Shown here: piece after piece, positions 61,807-64,000 of the stretch
How positions within the stretch are numbered: position 1 is the first letter of the stretch
Layout: each line of letters starts with the position of its first letter
NCBI GenBank assembly: GCA_038496445.1
Contig: JALMLS010000005.1
Location: 62,001-126,000, forward strand
Origin: Trichosphaerium sp. ATCC 40318
Taxonomy: Eukaryota; Protista; Tubulinea
Length of the DNA stretch: 64,000 bases
Reading direction: 5' to 3'
The notes under the pieces: generated by a model
The model's input: the letters and a program-made list of their open reading frames with translations, nothing else
What the model was told of the DNA's origin: nothing
The model's database searches: none
Position numbers and translations under genes: made by a program

Positions 61807-64000
61807 TTAGTCAAAATCAGCAAACACAGGCCTGTGATCGCTTACGCGATGTTGCCTGCTACTCCAAGCATCGGTGTTGTCCGAATACTTATTGTAAAGA
61901 TCGTGCATTATACCACAATCTCTCACACGCTTAGCTAGACCATCGCTTACGAATATATGATCAAGCAACACACGCTTGCGTGGTATTTTATCAATAAAAT
62001 CATTAAATTCTATTGACCATTGATCTTCTCGGTCAATGTACCTTGTCCTGATGAGGAGAGGTCTAATATGGAGATTAGTTTAGCTACAATCTTGTACTTC
62101 AAAAAAACAAATCGTACGTCAACACTTTTGTGCCATAGAAAGGACTACCAAGTAGGGAATCAACACTATCAAAGAGGAGATAGTTTTCTTCAAAATAATC
62201 CATCCCTGGGCCATCATTCATATCTCCAGAACAACAAACGAGAGCGTCTAAAACAAGTGTTAACAAGTGTTGGCGTTTGGTGAAGGGGATCATCACACGA
62301 GTTTTTATCGCGTACCTTTGTCATCAGCAAAAAGGATTAAGTCCATCATTTTACGAGTGCGTAAACACTCAGCATGAATTCTACGTCTGTTTTTAACCGC
62401 TTTCTTGATGAACTTCATCTTCTTCTCTTCTTCTGTTGAGTTCCATAATTTCTTTCCAGAATGTATGTACTTAGACTAAAGATTGTTAACGGTAACATTG
62501 GAATAAAATGAATAACTACTAAGCACTGTACCTTAGTATGCAACGCTACAAAGTGGATGGGCTTCTTCTGAGCATCAACATCTACGTACTGGCACCATAA
62601 AGTTAACATCAAGCAGAGTATGCGAGTACTACGTAAAAAATATAGCTCTACAAATTTTAACGTACATCACCACTTAAAACCAAGGGTTTCCTGGTAAATT
62701 CGTAATCTTCAATTACAAATGTTCCAGAAACATCAAACTTCCACTTTTGAGCCAAGAAATTATTTGCGTTAACGTTCAGGTGTGGATTTTTAATAGGGCC
62801 ATCTTTTTTCACTAGAAAGTAAATACGTTGTTGCCCGCCATCTAATCCACTAAAAGAACATTAAAAATCCTCAAAGTAAAACATTTTGAAGTGTCAAAAT
62901 GTCATACCCAAATGTGTCAAAATTATCATCCAAAAATGTCTATTGACCAAAAAATTAAGTCAACACAACAAAATCCCTTTACTCCCTCACCTTAACAAAA
63001 AGCTGCATTTGCGATAGCAATTCAGGTCCTACAAAAATATTAGTCCAAATCAAAGGTGAGAATAATTTACTACGTTACCTTCTTCAATAGCAAGAACATC
63101 TGGATCCATGTCTTTGATTACCTAAATTATATATTTAGTGTCTATTTACATAACAACCAAATGCTTTTTGGTAACTACGTACGCTTCCAATTTGCTTGCA
63201 TAATTTTGGAATATCAGTTAACTTTCAAAAAAAAACACGTGAGCAACAAGTAACGTTTGAGAAGCGATAGACTTACTCCTTCTTTGACCTTTATTTTTTT
63301 TTGAAAGTTAGCCACTACTAATGATGCTACGAACTTACCTTATCCTTCAGGAACGCGTTAGGACCAGAAAAAAAATGAGACATCCTATTTTAAGCGTAAG
63401 AGAAAGAAATAAAGATCCTCGCTTTAATTTTTTATGAATTCCAGTCTGCTTACCATTCAATATTCCAGTTGGCATAACTAGTTGCATAAGAAAGACGTGA
63501 GTATTAATAAAGAGATAAAGTACAAATTACCGAAATTGGTGTTCAGTCTTATTCTTTTCCATCTTACGCTCCCATTTAACCTTCATTTTTTGAAACATAC
63601 TGTCTTGCTCAATATCTGAGCCTTGAACTACAAGTTTTTTAATCAGAGAAGATAAAAATTAGATCGCTCTGTACCAACAGCTGCAGTGGCTTCATATTTA
63701 GTAAGTTTTACGAATCTGTCTTTACCAGCGCCCTTTGGCTGATGTAAATGGCAATCTTAACCGACAAGTTTACCTCAGATTCGTGAAGTAGCCCACCAAA
63801 CTGTTGAGCGAGTCTATGAACCCTTCTACGCTCTGCAGACGTTAAATCCTACAATTAATTAAAAACGCTGTTTTTTGCTCAACTTACCTTGGAGAACGCC
63901 AATTCAGTCTGTTTATCATCATTACAGAACGCTTGAGTTTTATTAAACCGCAAACACGAAATTCTAAAACAAGGCCTTACTGTTAATAGATGTCCAAAAC
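61807..64000 (-). CDS. R3H domain plus endonuclease/exonuclease/phosphatase (EEP) domain protein; 5' end lies beyond the window
   Basis: R3H: LTSAERRRVHRLAQQFGGLLHESE|GAGKDR. EEP: MDPDVLAIEE, ALHTK, SGDMND, LLDHIFVS, SDHRPV. Confidence 0.85.

Noticed and set aside
1-64000. Stop-codon reassignment as the cause of the fragmented ORFs
   Set aside because: Conserved genes reconstruct cleanly with short introns and end in TAA, TAG or TGA. In-frame stops occur only in decayed fragments.
1-64000. CRISPR arrays, rRNA, snRNA or intact transposase/reverse transcriptase genes
   Set aside because: None recognisable by eye. A covariance-model scan would be needed to exclude small RNAs.

Overview
Gene-dense, AT-rich nuclear DNA from an intron-rich microbial eukaryote. 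An amoebozoan-like protist is plausible from the gene families but cannot be proven here. The genetic code is standard: TAA, TAG and TGA all end conserved genes. Most introns are GT-AG and roughly 35-60 nt, with a CTAAC/TTGAC-type branch point close to a YAG/AAG acceptor, which is why the ORF track is fragmented. About 24 protein-coding genes can be reconstructed by eye. Recognisable ones are PPT1, MOCS1A/moaA, a BAR-like protein, a PX-domain protein, an F-box-Ras fusion, a DWY-repeat/PD-(D/E)xK protein, a Cdc123-like ATP-grasp protein, an MFS transporter, ceramide synthase, a D-cysteine desulfhydrase-like enzyme, RFC3, UTP4, a kinase-less Roco, RPC1, an FkbM methyltransferase, an F-box/MORN-variant protein, ZNG1/CobW, a VIT-vWA-TPR-DUF2135 protein, cathepsin D and an R3H-EEP nuclease. 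There are also several decayed fragments. The most interesting items are: (1) a VIT/DUF2135 protein carrying at least four copies of a ribosomal P-stalk-like hinge+tail plus a partial Qc-SNARE motif; (2) a 1.13-kb Pack-MULE-like element whose target-site duplication copies a splice donor, so it sits inside an intron; (3) strong, largely intronic over-representation of CACGTG together with a 5'-to-3' CpG gradient in genes; (4) several frame-supported GC-AG introns. All gene models and counts were made manually and are approximate.
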